Positions 28,342 through 38,208 of a stretch of 64,000 bases of DNA are shown here, piece after piece. This DNA comes from Candidatus Hydrogenedentota bacterium (GTDB lineage Bacteria; Hydrogenedentota; Hydrogenedentia; Hydrogenedentales; CAITNO01), in NCBI GenBank assembly GCA_029776995.1, contig JAKOTZ010000075.1, forward strand, positions 2,225-66,224, in the 5' to 3' direction. Made by a program: the position numbers and the translations under genes. The notes below the pieces were generated by a model that had not been told where the DNA came from, made no database searches, and saw nothing but the letters and a program-made list of their open reading frames with translations. The number at the start of each line of letters is the position of its first letter. Position 1 is the first letter of the stretch.

Positions 28342-29130
28342 TCACGGCGCTGCGGCATCAACGGGGCGTATCCAGATATTCCGGTACCACAGTTCCCCGC
28401 CGTGGTCCTGCAGGGCAATCCGGCCGGAACGGGGCAGTTCGGCATAGGGCGTCTTGAATTTCCCGATAGGCTCGGTCATCTGGGCAAAATCCGTGTCGAT
28501 CACTTTCCACCCGTTGACCGTAACGGTAACGCGGCTCCCCCGCAGCGAAATGTCATAGGAATTCCACTCTCCCGCGGGGCGCGCCATGTTGAACATGGGC
28601 GTCACCACGTCGTAGATCGAGCCGGTGCCGTTTTTGTGGGCCGGCCAGCCGTAATCGTCAAGCACCTGCACTTCAAATCCCCGCAGCGCGGACTCCCCCT
28701 CCGGAACCCGAAGAAACACGCCCGAGTTGCAGCGCAGCTGGGGATTCAGCCCCAGCGCCAGCGGTCGAGAAAACCATGCCGGCGGCGAGAGCCGGAATTC
28801 CAGGTGCAGGTCAAAATCCCCGAACGACGCGCCGGTGTATGTGGCGTATTTCAGCGGGCCGATTCCGCCGAAAATATGCAGTACTCCGTCTTTCACTTCA
28901 AAAAAATCCGCCGGTTTCCCCTCGGGGTCCGTCCAGTTCCGGGCGTGTTCCGCGTCCAGCAGGTCGATCCAGCCTTCCCCCTCCGGTGGCGGCGCGCACT
29001 GCCCCACGGGCCGCGGACTGCCCGGCGCGAAATAATAGGCGTGCGCGCCGTACAGGGCCAGCGCGGTCACCCCGAATGCCACCCACGGGATCAGCCGCAA
29101 AAAAGTTCGAAAGGATATTCTTTTTTTCAT
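28342..29130 (-). CDS. DUF1080 (3-keto-disaccharide hydrolase-like / LamG jelly-roll) secreted protein
   Basis: NSGVFLRV...FEVQVLDD...GTGSIY...RIALQDHGGELWYRNIWIRP matches the DUF1080 C-terminal signature (...LQ.HG..v.FRNI.I). Confidence 0.65.
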   Translation of the reverse strand: MKKRISFRTFLRLIPWVAFGVTALALYGAHAYYFAPGSPRPVGQCAPPPEGEGWIDLLDAEHARNWTDPEGKPADFFEVKDGVLHIFGGIGPLKYATYTGASFGDFDLHLEFRLSPPAWFSRPLALGLNPQLRCNSGVFLRVPEGESALRGFEVQVLDDYGWPAHKNGTGSIYDVVTPMFNMARPAGEWNSYDISLRGSRVTVTVNGWKVIDTDFAQMTEPIGKFKTPYAELPRSGRIALQDHGGELWYRNIWIRPVDAAAP

Positions 29131-29134
29131 AAAA

Positions 29135-29755
29135 TCATTCCTCACGGGCCTGCCGCAGCAGCTCTTCCTGGCGTCTTCGCGCTTCCTCCCTGCCCGCCGG
29201 CGTCAGCTCCCAGATGCCCCGCGGCGAACCTTCCGCAATGAATCCCTGTTCTCTCAGCCTATTCCGGGCCCATTTTGCATTGTTCCACCATGTGATTTCA
29301 GAGGGATTGCTTGCCCGCGGCTTCATATCTTCAGGGCCCAGTTGTTCCTTCATCCTTTTCCAGAGGCTCTGCTGCACAGCATCGGTGGTAGCCCGTCCCC
29401 CAAATTCCAGCAGGGACACCTGGATCGGAGTTTCGTAAGCGGATTGGGGTAACAGGTTGCCCTTCCGCCGGCGGCTCGTTTCCTGAACCCGCCTGCTTTC
29501 AGGCTGCGGAAGCGTCTCCTGTCTATAGGACATCTCCCCGCGGGATATCCTGTCGAAGTTTTCCCGGATCTCCCTCAGCCGGCTGAGCGTGTCCGACAGG
29601 GCGCGGCAGTGCTGGTTGGCCCAGTCCACGTATTCATGTTCTCCGCGGCGAAAAGCGTCCGACCCGCTTCTTCTGAATTCCGTCAGCAGTTTCTCGCCTT
29701 CATGCAGAAGATCTTCAAAGGCCGCCACAAAAACCCGGATATCCGGCCTGTCCAT
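29135..29755 (-). CDS. Hypothetical protein with a C-terminal Mrr-N-like winged-helix domain
   Basis: The C-terminal ~80 aa (IQVSLLEFGG.ATTDAVQQSLWKRM......ITWWNNAKWARNRLREQGFI...RGIWELTPAG) fit the Mrr_N/wH pattern. The N-terminal ~100 aa are unassigned. Confidence 0.45.
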   Translation of the reverse strand: MDRPDIRVFVAAFEDLLHEGEKLLTEFRRSGSDAFRRGEHEYVDWANQHCRALSDTLSRLREIRENFDRISRGEMSYRQETLPQPESRRVQETSRRRKGNLLPQSAYETPIQVSLLEFGGRATTDAVQQSLWKRMKEQLGPEDMKPRASNPSEITWWNNAKWARNRLREQGFIAEGSPRGIWELTPAGREEARRRQEELLRQAREE

Positions 29756-29969
29756 AAATCCGTCCCTTCCTCATGCTCACCGATAACACCCAAACGACGA
29801 AAACATAATACAACCGCCGCTGCCCGCTGAAAAAGATCTCTTTCCAGGCCGGAACTTCCTTTTCCGATCCGGCTGATGTTGGCATTCCCTTTACGCTTTG
29901 GGCGTACAATAACAGAAACGGTCAAGGAGCCCGGTTCCTCCTGCAAAACATCGAGTTGGGAGTCCCGCC

Positions 29970-31577
29970 ATGAAGAGATCCCGCGTAACCCGGCGCGACT
30001 GGCTGAAAATTGCCGCTGGCGCGGCAGGCCTTGCCGGCCTGGGCCGGCCATCCGCTGCGCCAAACGCTGCTGCCGCTCCGGCTTCGGCATCCCGCTCGAA
30101 TTTTCTCATCATCCTGGCGGATGACATGGGGTTTTCGGATCTCGGCTGCTACGGTTCCGAGATTCACACGCCCAACCTGGACCGCCTGGCCTCGGAGGGT
30201 ATCCGGTTCACCCAGGCCTATTCCGCCGCCCGGTGCTGCCCCTCGCGGGCGGCGCTCCTCACAGGACTGAACCCCCATCAGGCCGGTATGGGCGGGATGG
30301 CCAGCAAACTGGGCGAAAAAGAGGAACCCGGCCCCTACCAGGGCTACCTCAACGACCGGTGCGCCACCATCGCCGAAGTGCTGCGCCCGGCCGGCTACAG
30401 AACGTACATGTCCGGCAAATGGCACGTGGGCGAAGCGCCTGAACACTGGCCACGCCGCCGGGGATTTGACCGCTATTACGGCCTGATCAGCGGCGCCAGC
30501 AGCTACTTTGAAATCCTGCCCGAAGAAAAAAATACTCGGATCATGGCAAAAGACGATGAACGCGTCTGGCCGGAAGGCGAAAACTTCTACATGACGGACG
30601 CCTTCACGGACTGCGCCGTCCGTTATATCGAGGAACATGATCCACAGCGCCCGTTCCTGCTCTACCTCGCGTATACCGCGCCCCACTGGCCCCTGCACGC
30701 GCTGCCGGAGGATATCGAAAAATATCGCGGGCGGTACCGAAACGGCTGGGACCGCCTGCGGGAAGAGCGGTATGCCCGACTTCGGGAACTGGGTATCATC
30801 CGGCCGGAATGGGCCCTGTCCCCGCGGGATCCGGAAGTCCCCGCCTGGGATGACGTGGCCGATAAAGACGACATGGACCTGCGGATGGCGGTGTATGCCG
30901 CGATGATCGACCGCATGGACCAGGGCATCGGCAGGGTCCTGGATGCCCTGCGGAAGCGCGGAATGGCCGATAACACGCTGGTGCTGTTCCTGTCCGACAA
31001 CGGCGGCTGCCACGAAACCGTGGCAAACCGAAAGAACCTGCATAAACGGGGAACCCGCGCGGGCGAGAAAGGCTCCTTCGTGGCCTATGAGCGGGGCTGG
31101 GCCAACGCCAGCAATACCCCCTTCCGATGGTTCAAACACTGGGTCCATGAAGGCGGCATCGCTACGCCGCTGATCGCCTGGTGGCCGGAGGGGATAAAGC
31201 AGCGGGGCATCCTGACCGACCAGGTGGCCCACATCACCGACATCATGCCAACCTGCCTGGAACTGGCCGGCGCCACTTATCCGGAGTCGATGAACGGTCA
31301 CCCCCTCACCTCCCTGTTTGGAAAAAGCCTGGCCCCTGTGCTGCGGGGGGAAACCCGTGAACCCCACCCCAGGCTGTACTGGGAACACCAGGGAAACCGC
31401 GCCATCCGCGAGGGGCGCTGGAAACTTGTCGCAACGAAATCCGGCCCCTGGGAACTGTACGATCTGGAGGCCGACCGTACAGAGCTGCGCAACCTCGCAG
31501 ATCGGGAACCGGACCGCGCAGCGGCGTTACATGACGCGTGGAAACAGTGGGCCGACGCTACCGGCGTAAAATACTGA
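29970..31577 (+). CDS. Sulfatase (arylsulfatase family) with a TAT signal
   Basis: Twin-arginine leader RRDWLKIAAGAAGLAGLG. NFLIILADDMGFSDLGCYG...AARCCPSRAALLTG contains the formylglycine motif C-x-P-x-R. Confidence 0.85.
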   Translation: MKRSRVTRRDWLKIAAGAAGLAGLGRPSAAPNAAAAPASASRSNFLIILADDMGFSDLGCYGSEIHTPNLDRLASEGIRFTQAYSAARCCPSRAALLTGLNPHQAGMGGMASKLGEKEEPGPYQGYLNDRCATIAEVLRPAGYRTYMSGKWHVGEAPEHWPRRRGFDRYYGLISGASSYFEILPEEKNTRIMAKDDERVWPEGENFYMTDAFTDCAVRYIEEHDPQRPFLLYLAYTAPHWPLHALPEDIEKYRGRYRNGWDRLREERYARLRELGIIRPEWALSPRDPEVPAWDDVADKDDMDLRMAVYAAMIDRMDQGIGRVLDALRKRGMADNTLVLFLSDNGGCHETVANRKNLHKRGTRAGEKGSFVAYERGWANASNTPFRWFKHWVHEGGIATPLIAWWPEGIKQRGILTDQVAHITDIMPTCLELAGATYPESMNGHPLTSLFGKSLAPVLRGETREPHPRLYWEHQGNRAIREGRWKLVATKSGPWELYDLEADRTELRNLADREPDRAAALHDAWKQWADATGVKY

Positions 31578-31589
31578 AAGGGATCACCC

Positions 31590-33119
31590 ATGCGGCGGAG
31601 AACCTTCCTTAAAACAGCGGCAGCCGCGGGATGCTCGGCGGTGCTGTGGCGGGGCGGTATCGTTCGGGGAGCTGCCCGTCCCAATATCGTATGGATCCTG
31701 GCCGAGGACATGTCCTGCCATTTCGGATACCAGGGCAACCGGCTGGTCAGTACCTCCCGCGTGGACCACCCGTTGCCCCGGACGGTTACGTCCAGGGCCC
31801 GCATATCGAGCAACCGGCTGGTCAGCACCCCCCGTGTGGACCAGCTGGCCGCGGAGGGAACTGTCTACTCTTCGGCCTATGTCACCGCGCCGGTATGCTC
31901 ACCCAGCCGATCAGCCCTTATCACCGGCATGTACCAGACCAGCATCGGCGCCCACCATCACCGCAGTTCCCGCAGTCCCGAAGCCCCTATCACCCTGCCG
32001 GATCCCGTTCAACCGGCGCCGGAGCTTTTCCGGCGCGCCGGTTACTGGGTGGGCAATGTTTCCTGGCCCGACGGCGGACCCGGTAAGACGGATTACAATT
32101 TCGTCTATGCGGATGCCCTGTATGATGGGACCGATTATACCCGGCGCGCTTCGGATCAGCCTTTTTTCATGCAGTTCCAGCTGCGCGGCGGAAAATTCCG
32201 GAATGCGCAGGTCCCGCAGCCGGTATCTTCCGATGATGTTGAACTGCCGCCTTATTATCCGGACCACCCCGTGCTCCGCGCCGACTGGGCGCAGTACCTC
32301 AACTCAGTGATACAGGTGGACCTTGAAGTTGGAGCGATTCTGGATAAACTGCGCGCTGACCGCGCCCTGGAAAATACGGTCATCTTTTTCCTCACCGATC
32401 ATGGCATCAGCCACGCGCGGGGCAAGCAGTTCCTGTATGAGGAAGGCACCCGGGTTCCCCTGATCGTTTGGGGAAGTGAACATATTCCCTCCGGCGCTGT
32501 CCGACATGACCTGATTTCACATATTGATATCACCGCGACGTCTTTGGCACTGGCCGGAATCCCCGTCCCGGAATGGATGGAGGCGCGTCCATTTCTCGGC
32601 CCTGATGCCCGCCCGCGGGAATATGTCGTGTCAGCCCGCGACCGCTGCGATGAAACCGTGGACCGCATCCGCAGTATCCGGGACAGTCGGTTCACCTATA
32701 TCCGAAACGGTTATCCCCGGCGTCCCCACCTCCAGCCGAATGCCTATAAAGACGCAAAAGAAATCCTGGCCTGCATGCGTGAACTGTACGCGGCGGGAAA
32801 ATTGGCCGGCCATCCCGCGGAACGGCTGTTCACGGTTCCCCGGCCGGCTGAAGAACTGTATGATCGGACGGCGGATCCGTGGGAATTGCACAACCTGGCT
32901 GAAGATCCGGCCCATGCGGAGCAGCTTCAGCGTATGCGGTCCCTGCTGGACCGATGGATCGCTGAAACGGGTGATAAAGGCCAGGCCCCGGAACCTGAAA
33001 CGGCATATGACGCCGAGATGGCCGTATACCTGTCGCAGGTGAACCGTTCTCCGGAGTATGTGGAGCAGCTGCGGAAAAACATCGCCCAGATGAAGGCGTG
33101 GGCGGCAGTGGGTATGTAA
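31590..33119 (+). CDS. Sulfatase with a TAT signal, carrying an internal 25-aa in-frame duplication
   Basis: [14 protein letters not shown] is a TAT leader. [11 protein letters not shown]...[14 protein letters not shown] is the sulfatase core (C-S-P-S-R). Confidence 0.8.
   Translation: MRRRTFLKTAAAAGCSAVLWRGGIVRGAARPNIVWILAEDMSCHFGYQGNRLVSTSRVDHPLPRTVTSRARISSNRLVSTPRVDQLAAEGTVYSSAYVTAPVCSPSRSALITGMYQTSIGAHHHRSSRSPEAPITLPDPVQPAPELFRRAGYWVGNVSWPDGGPGKTDYNFVYADALYDGTDYTRRASDQPFFMQFQLRGGKFRNAQVPQPVSSDDVELPPYYPDHPVLRADWAQYLNSVIQVDLEVGAILDKLRADRALENTVIFFLTDHGISHARGKQFLYEEGTRVPLIVWGSEHIPSGAVRHDLISHIDITATSLALAGIPVPEWMEARPFLGPDARPREYVVSARDRCDETVDRIRSIRDSRFTYIRNGYPRRPHLQPNAYKDAKEILACMRELYAAGKLAGHPAERLFTVPRPAEELYDRTADPWELHNLAEDPAHAEQLQRMRSLLDRWIAETGDKGQAPEPETAYDAEMAVYLSQVNRSPEYVEQLRKNIAQMKAWAAVGM
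31736..31845 (+). repeat. 75-bp-period in-frame tandem direct repeat inside the sulfatase gene
   Basis: CAACCGGCTGGTCAGTACCTCCCGCGTGGACCACC (31736-31770) and CAACCGGCTGGTCAGCACCCCCCGTGTGGACCAGC (31811-31845) share 31 of 35 identical positions and encode [11 protein letters not shown] and [11 protein letters not shown] respectively. Confidence 0.85.
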
Positions 33120-33214
33120 CGCGGCTCTTTTTTATTTCCAGGCCGCATATGACCGGAGCTTTTCGCTGGATTGGCGCGTTTCACGCTTTTATTTGATTTC
33201 AGGGGGTGACGGGC

Positions 33215-33238
33215 TATAATATGCAAACATTCGCATAT
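33215..33238 (+). promoter_or_regulatory. Promoter -10 (TATAAT) overlapping the ATATGC-N8-GCATAT dyad; candidate ArsR operator of the ars operon
   Basis: TATAAT at 33215-33220, with the inverted repeat ATATGCaaacattcGCATAT at 33219-33238 and the gene start at 33256. Confidence 0.45.
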
Positions 33239-33255
33239 TTGATTTTCCGCATTTT

Positions 33256-34086
33256 ATGGAAGAAGAAGCAAAACTCTTCAAAGCATTGGCAGATCCCTTT
33301 CGGGTTCGGCTGGCCGTACTCCTTGCCCTGCGCGGCGAAACCTGTGTCTGCGAACTGATGAAAGCCCTGGGAGAGCCCCAGTACAAGGTTTCCAGACACC
33401 TCGCCGTCCTGCGGAGCGCGGGTATAGTGGTTGCCCGTCGCCAGGGCGCCTGGATGTATTACCGGCTCGATCACCCCAGGTGTGTGGCAGCCAAACAGCT
33501 TTACGATGCCTTCCGCGCCTATGACCGAGACCCACGCGTTCTCACCATGCTGAAGCGCCTGGCGGAAAAAACGCATCCGGACGCATGTTCCGGGGATAAC
33601 GCCACGGGAGCCGCGCCGGGACCGGGCCGGCTTCGGCTGCTTTTTCTCTGCACCGGAAATTCCTGCCGCAGCCAGATGGCGGAGGGGTGGGCCCGCGCCC
33701 TGCTGGGAGACCGGGTCGAGGTATGGTCCGCCGGTATTGAAAAACATGGGCTCAATCCCCTGGCGGTCCGGGTCATGGCCGAAGCTGGCGTGGATATTTC
33801 CCGCCAGTGGTCGAAAACCGTGGATGAACTGCCGGACCAGCCTTTTGACTGGGTGATCACAGTCTGCGGCCACGCGGCGGAACATTGCCCCGTTTTTCCG
33901 GCAGCTACCAGGAAGGTCCACGCAGGCTTTGAGGATCCGCCCAAACTGGCCGCCTCCGCCACATCGCCCGAGGAAGCTCTGCGACATTACCGGCGCGTCC
34001 GGGATGAGATCCGCGACTTTGTCCGAAATATGCCGGAAAATCTGGAATGCCTGTGGCAATTAACCCTAAAAGGAGCTTTGTCATGA
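33256..34086 (+). CDS. arsRC: ArsR-family HTH regulator fused to a low-molecular-weight phosphatase-type arsenate reductase (ArsR-ArsC fusion)
   Basis: The N-terminus LADPFRVRLAVLLALRGETCVCELMKALGEPQYKVSRHLAVLRSAG is the ArsR HTH with the metal-site Cys pair. The C-terminus LFLCTGNSCRSQMAEGW...DWVITVCGHAAEHCP is LMW-PTP-type ArsC with the CX5R P-loop and the resolving cysteines. Confidence 0.75.
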   Translation: MEEEAKLFKALADPFRVRLAVLLALRGETCVCELMKALGEPQYKVSRHLAVLRSAGIVVARRQGAWMYYRLDHPRCVAAKQLYDAFRAYDRDPRVLTMLKRLAEKTHPDACSGDNATGAAPGPGRLRLLFLCTGNSCRSQMAEGWARALLGDRVEVWSAGIEKHGLNPLAVRVMAEAGVDISRQWSKTVDELPDQPFDWVITVCGHAAEHCPVFPAATRKVHAGFEDPPKLAASATSPEEALRHYRRVRDEIRDFVRNMPENLECLWQLTLKGALS

Positions 34087-34928
34087 ATCCAGGATCCCGC
34101 GCGGAACACATTCGGGCAGCCGTCAGGGCAGGTTACGGGAGCCTGGCAGCCGGAAACAGCGGATCCTGTTGCGGCCCCTCCTCCTGCTGCGGCGGTTCGG
34201 GCGGTGACGCGCAAATGCTGGCCAGGGCCCTGGGGTATCAGGATACGGACCTGGCGGCGCTGCCGGAAGGCGCAAACCTGGGGCTCTCCTGTGGAAATCC
34301 CGCGGCGCTGGCCGCGCTGCGTCCCGGCGAAACCGTCCTGGATCTGGGATGCGGCGGCGGTTTTGATGTGTTCATCGCGGGACGCAGGGTCGGGCCGACC
34401 GGGCGCGCGATCGGCGTGGACATGACACCCGAAATGATCTCCCGGGCCCGGCGCAACCTGGAAGCCTACCGCCGTCAGACCGGGCTGAATAATGTCGAAT
34501 TCCGCCTCGGAGAAATTGAACACCTGCCGGTGGCGGATGGCTCGGTTGACGTGATCATCAGCAACTGCGTCATCAACCTCTCTCCCGACAAGCCGCAGGT
34601 ATGGCGGGAAATGATGCGGGTACTGCGGTCCGGAGGACGGGTGGCTGTAACGGATCTGGCCCTGCTGAAGCCTCTGCCGGATCCCGTCCGACACAGCGTG
34701 GAAGCCCTGATCGGGTGTGTTGCCGGGGCTGAACTGGTGGAAGACACCCGGCGCTGGATCGAATCCGCGGGGTTCACCGGTATTACCCTGAATTCACGCC
34801 CGGAACATGTTGCCGCCATGTTCGACGCGTCGGATCCGGTATTCCGCCGGCTGAAAGATCTTTTCCCGGATGACGCATCGCCTCAATCCTGGATCACCAG
34901 CCTGGAAGTCACAGCGGTTAAACCGTAA
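34083..34928 (+). CDS. arsM: Arsenite S-adenosylmethionine methyltransferase
   Basis: Cys-rich N-terminus ([12 protein letters not shown]), SAM-binding motif [12 protein letters not shown] and [11 protein letters not shown]. Overlaps the upstream stop (ATGA). AAAGGAG ribosome-binding site. Confidence 0.8.
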   Translation: MNPGSRAEHIRAAVRAGYGSLAAGNSGSCCGPSSCCGGSGGDAQMLARALGYQDTDLAALPEGANLGLSCGNPAALAALRPGETVLDLGCGGGFDVFIAGRRVGPTGRAIGVDMTPEMISRARRNLEAYRRQTGLNNVEFRLGEIEHLPVADGSVDVIISNCVINLSPDKPQVWREMMRVLRSGGRVAVTDLALLKPLPDPVRHSVEALIGCVAGAELVEDTRRWIESAGFTGITLNSRPEHVAAMFDASDPVFRRLKDLFPDDASPQSWITSLEVTAVKP

Positions 34929-34962
34929 ACGCCAGTAAAGAAATAAAAAAGAAGTGCGGATC

Positions 34963-36162
34963 ATGAGTCATAACCACATTTCCCGGTCGGAACCGGAGCG
35001 GAAAATGACCAGTGTTTTCGAGCGGTACCTGACGCTCTGGGTCGGGTTGTGTATTGCGGGAGGCATTCTGCTGGGCCGGCTGGCGCCCGGACTGGCCCGA
35101 ACCCTGGACGGCATGGCGATCCGCGTCAACGGCGCGCCGGTGGTGTCCATACCGATTGCGATATGCCTGTTTTTCATGATGTACCCCATCATGGTGAAGA
35201 TTGACTTCGGCTCCGTGGTGCGGGCCGGAAAAAGCGGCCGCCCGGTACTGCTGACGCTCTTTATCAACTGGGCGGTCAAACCGTTCTCCATGTACGCGAT
35301 TACCCTGCTGTTCCTGGGCGTGCTGTTCCGCGGCCTGATCGGCGCGGACGCCACGGATCTGGTGAAAATGCCTTTTGGGCTGGACCTGCCTGTCGGCGCG
35401 CAGCATGGCGCGGGCGTGGTGGTGGAGCATGAAGGCGTCCGGATGCTGCAGGTGCCGCTGTGGCGCAGTTACTTCGCGGGATGCATCCTCCTGGGAATCG
35501 CCCCCTGCACGGCCATGGTGCTGGTGTGGGGCTACCTGGCCCGGGGAAATGACGGGCTGACTCTGGTGATGGTCGCCATTAATTCGCTGACCATGCTGCT
35601 GCTCTACGGTCCCCTGGGCGGTTTCCTGCTGGGCGTCGGGAAGTTGCCGGTCCCCTGGCAGGCGCTGCTGCTGTCTATTGCGATATACGTCGCGCTTCCC
35701 CTGGTGGCGGGATACTTTTCGCGGAAGTGGATCATCGCCGCGAAAGGAGAGGAATGGTTTCGGGCGAAATTCCTGCATCTGCTGACCCCGGTCACAATCG
35801 TGGCTTTGCTGACCACGCTGGTGCTGCTGTTCTCCTTCAAAGGCGACACCATTCTGGCCAATCCGCTGACCATCCTTTGGATTGCCATTCCGCTGTTCAT
35901 TCAGACGGTGCTTATTTTCGCGCTGGGCTATGGGCTTGCGCGGGCTCTGGGGCTGTCGTATGAGGATGCCGCGCCTGCCGCGATGATTGGCGCTTCGAAT
36001 CACTTTGAAGTGGCCATCGCGACGGCAACCATGCTGTTCGGGCTTTCCTCGGGGGCTGCGCTGGCCACGGTGGTAGGCGTCCTGATTGAAGTGCCGGTGA
36101 TGCTGATGCTGGTGCGGATCTGCCTGAACACCTCGGGGTGGTTCAGGCCGTCCGTCCAGTAG
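34963..36162 (+). CDS. acr3: ACR3-family arsenite efflux transporter
   Basis: [14 protein letters not shown]......[10 protein letters not shown]...[12 protein letters not shown] is the canonical ACR3 signature. 10-TM pattern. Confidence 0.8.
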   Translation: MSHNHISRSEPERKMTSVFERYLTLWVGLCIAGGILLGRLAPGLARTLDGMAIRVNGAPVVSIPIAICLFFMMYPIMVKIDFGSVVRAGKSGRPVLLTLFINWAVKPFSMYAITLLFLGVLFRGLIGADATDLVKMPFGLDLPVGAQHGAGVVVEHEGVRMLQVPLWRSYFAGCILLGIAPCTAMVLVWGYLARGNDGLTLVMVAINSLTMLLLYGPLGGFLLGVGKLPVPWQALLLSIAIYVALPLVAGYFSRKWIIAAKGEEWFRAKFLHLLTPVTIVALLTTLVLLFSFKGDTILANPLTILWIAIPLFIQTVLIFALGYGLARALGLSYEDAAPAAMIGASNHFEVAIATATMLFGLSSGAALATVVGVLIEVPVMLMLVRICLNTSGWFRPSVQ

Positions 36163-36208
36163 AGAACACCCTTAAAGAAACCCGCTTCCGGCAGGGAATA
36201 ACCATGAT

Positions 36209-36261
36209 TTGACTTTTTATTTCTTATTTGGCTAAAATAGAAAATAGGAAATTAGGAAATT
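36209..36261 (+). promoter_or_regulatory. Sigma70-like promoter TTGACT-N18-TAAAAT followed by a tandem AGGAAATT x2 repeat, upstream of the second arsR
   Basis: -35 at 36209-36214, -10 at 36233-36238, the tandem octamer at 36246-36261, and the start codon at 36268. Confidence 0.45.
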
Positions 36262-36267
36262 AGAAAA

Positions 36268-36600
36268 ATGGAAACCGTAAGACAAAAACGATGCGAAGCG
36301 CAGGCGCGGGTCATTAAGGCACTGGCCCATCCCACCCGGGTGTTTCTCGTAGAAGAACTGGCCAACGGCCCCCGCTGCGTCTGCGAACTCACTGCTCTGG
36401 TCGGCACGGATATCTCCACCGTCTCCAAGCACCTGGCCATTCTGAAAAACGCCGGCATCGTCCAGGATGAGCGGCGGGGCACCCAGATTTTTTACAGTCT
36501 GCGGGTACCCTGCATCCTGAATTTCTTTCAGTGCGTTGGCGCGGTGCTGGAGGCGGTCGCTGAAGAGCATCAGGCCGTGGTCCTGAACGCCAGGGCGTAA
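36268..36600 (+). CDS. arsR: ArsR/SmtB-family transcriptional regulator
   Basis: ALAHPTRVFLVEELANGPRCVCELTALVGTDISTVSKHLAILKNAGIV is the classic ArsR HTH with the CVC metalloid-binding site. Confidence 0.8.
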   Translation: METVRQKRCEAQARVIKALAHPTRVFLVEELANGPRCVCELTALVGTDISTVSKHLAILKNAGIVQDERRGTQIFYSLRVPCILNFFQCVGAVLEAVAEEHQAVVLNARA

Positions 36601-36616
36601 CCGCTGGTTCCCAAGG

Positions 36617-38152
36617 ATGGAATTGAAAAAAGAAATACGCGCGCTCGTGCTGATGGCAGGAGTTTTCCTGCTGTTCTTCTGGCTGCCCGTTGACAGCGCC
36701 CGCTTTACCAACGCCGTGCTGGAATCGCTGCACCTGAGCCGCTGGTACGCCCGGGAACACGTGCTGCTGTGCCTGGTGCCGGCGTTTTTCATCGCGGGCG
36801 CGATCGGGGTATTCATCAGCCAGGCTTCCGTAATGAAATACCTGGGTGCCGGCGCCAATAAAGTGCTGGCTTACGGCGTGGCGTCCGTTTCCGGTTCCAT
36901 TCTCGCGGTATGTTCCTGTACCGTGCTTCCCCTGTTCGCGAGAATATGGAAAATGGGCGCGGGGCTGGGACCGGCCTGCGCGTTTCTTTACTCCGGACCT
37001 GCCATCAACGTGCTGGCCATCATCCTGACCGCGCGAATTCTGGGCATGGAGCTGGGCATCGCCCGCGCGGTAGGGGCCATCGGGTTCAGCGTGGTCATCG
37101 GCCTGCTGATGCACCTGATTTTCCGGAAAGAAGAAGCCGAGAAAGCGGCGCTGCAGGCTGCCATGCCCGAGCCCGAAGTAACCCGTCCGCTGTGGAAGAA
37201 TGCCGTGTTTTTCGCCATCATGGTGGGTATCCTGGTTTTCGCGAACTGGGGCGCGCCGAATGATTATGAAGTGCGCCTGACAGACGGGCAGACCGCGCGG
37301 GTCGCGGTCATCCAGACGCCGGAAGATACCCCGGATAGGGTCTGGGTATTCAAAACCCTGAGCGGGGCAGACGCGGGACAGGAATTCCGAGCGGCACCAG
37401 ACCAGGTGGCTGAACGCGTACCGGTCGCAGGCGCGTGGACGATGATCTGGCAAAACAAATGGCTGATCACAGCCGCGCTGGGCGTGCTGTTCGGGCTGGT
37501 GCTGGCGCTGTGGATGGAAATCGCATGGTGGAAAATCGCGCTGGCTGCCCTGCCGCCCCTGGCGCTCGCCCTGGCGGTGCCCGCGCAGGGGCTGTGGGTG
37601 CTGCTGCCTTTCTCGGCGGCGGTAATCGGACTGGCCGTTATCACCGCGAGCCAGCCCGGTGAACCGCAGGCATGGTTTTCATCAACATGGACTTTCGCCA
37701 AGCAGATCATGCCGCTGCTGCTGGCCGGCGTACTGGTCGCCGGGCTGCTGCTGGGACGCCCGGGGCACGAGGGGCTGATCCCTTCCAAATACGTGCAGAT
37801 GCTGGTGGGCGACAGTCCGGACACGTTTCTGGCCATAACAGGACTGGGCGGATCCGCTGTTGAACCTGCCGCGCGCGCGATGTGGCCGGTCTGGACCAAC
37901 CTTTTTGCCAGCGTATTCGGCGCGTTTATGTATTTCGCCACGCTGACAGAAGTTCCTATCCTGCAGGGGCTGCTGGGGGCCGGCATGGGCAAAGGCCCGG
38001 CGCTGGCGCTGCTGCTGGCCGGACCGGCGCTGAGCCTGCCTAATATGCTGGTCATCCGGGGCATCATGGGAACAAAACGCGCCGCGGTCTTCTGTTCCCT
38101 GGTGGTGGTTATGGCAACACTGGCGGGACTGCTGTACGGAAGCCTGTTCTGA
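36617..38152 (+). CDS. DUF318/ArsP-like permease (putative organoarsenical efflux), expanded to 511 aa
   Basis: Membrane motif AVCSCTVLPLF matches the ArsP/DUF318 signature TPFcSC..P. Two repeated polytopic halves are separated by a ~120-aa soluble insert. The conserved small thioredoxin gene follows. Confidence 0.55.
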   Translation: MELKKEIRALVLMAGVFLLFFWLPVDSARFTNAVLESLHLSRWYAREHVLLCLVPAFFIAGAIGVFISQASVMKYLGAGANKVLAYGVASVSGSILAVCSCTVLPLFARIWKMGAGLGPACAFLYSGPAINVLAIILTARILGMELGIARAVGAIGFSVVIGLLMHLIFRKEEAEKAALQAAMPEPEVTRPLWKNAVFFAIMVGILVFANWGAPNDYEVRLTDGQTARVAVIQTPEDTPDRVWVFKTLSGADAGQEFRAAPDQVAERVPVAGAWTMIWQNKWLITAALGVLFGLVLALWMEIAWWKIALAALPPLALALAVPAQGLWVLLPFSAAVIGLAVITASQPGEPQAWFSSTWTFAKQIMPLLLAGVLVAGLLLGRPGHEGLIPSKYVQMLVGDSPDTFLAITGLGGSAVEPAARAMWPVWTNLFASVFGAFMYFATLTEVPILQGLLGAGMGKGPALALLLAGPALSLPNMLVIRGIMGTKRAAVFCSLVVVMATLAGLLYGSLF

Positions 38153-38208
38153 ACTGGAAAACCCGCGGGCGCCATACGCGCGCCCGTCCAACGATAAGGA
38201 ACAACACC

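Noticed and set aside
28207-29241. 344-aa + strand ORF
   Set aside because: It is antisense to the DUF1080 gene, which has a clean family signature on the minus strand.
34918-36003. 361-aa minus-strand His/Gln/Arg-rich ORF
   Set aside because: It is antisense to the ACR3 transporter gene. Its composition is a GC-frame artefact.
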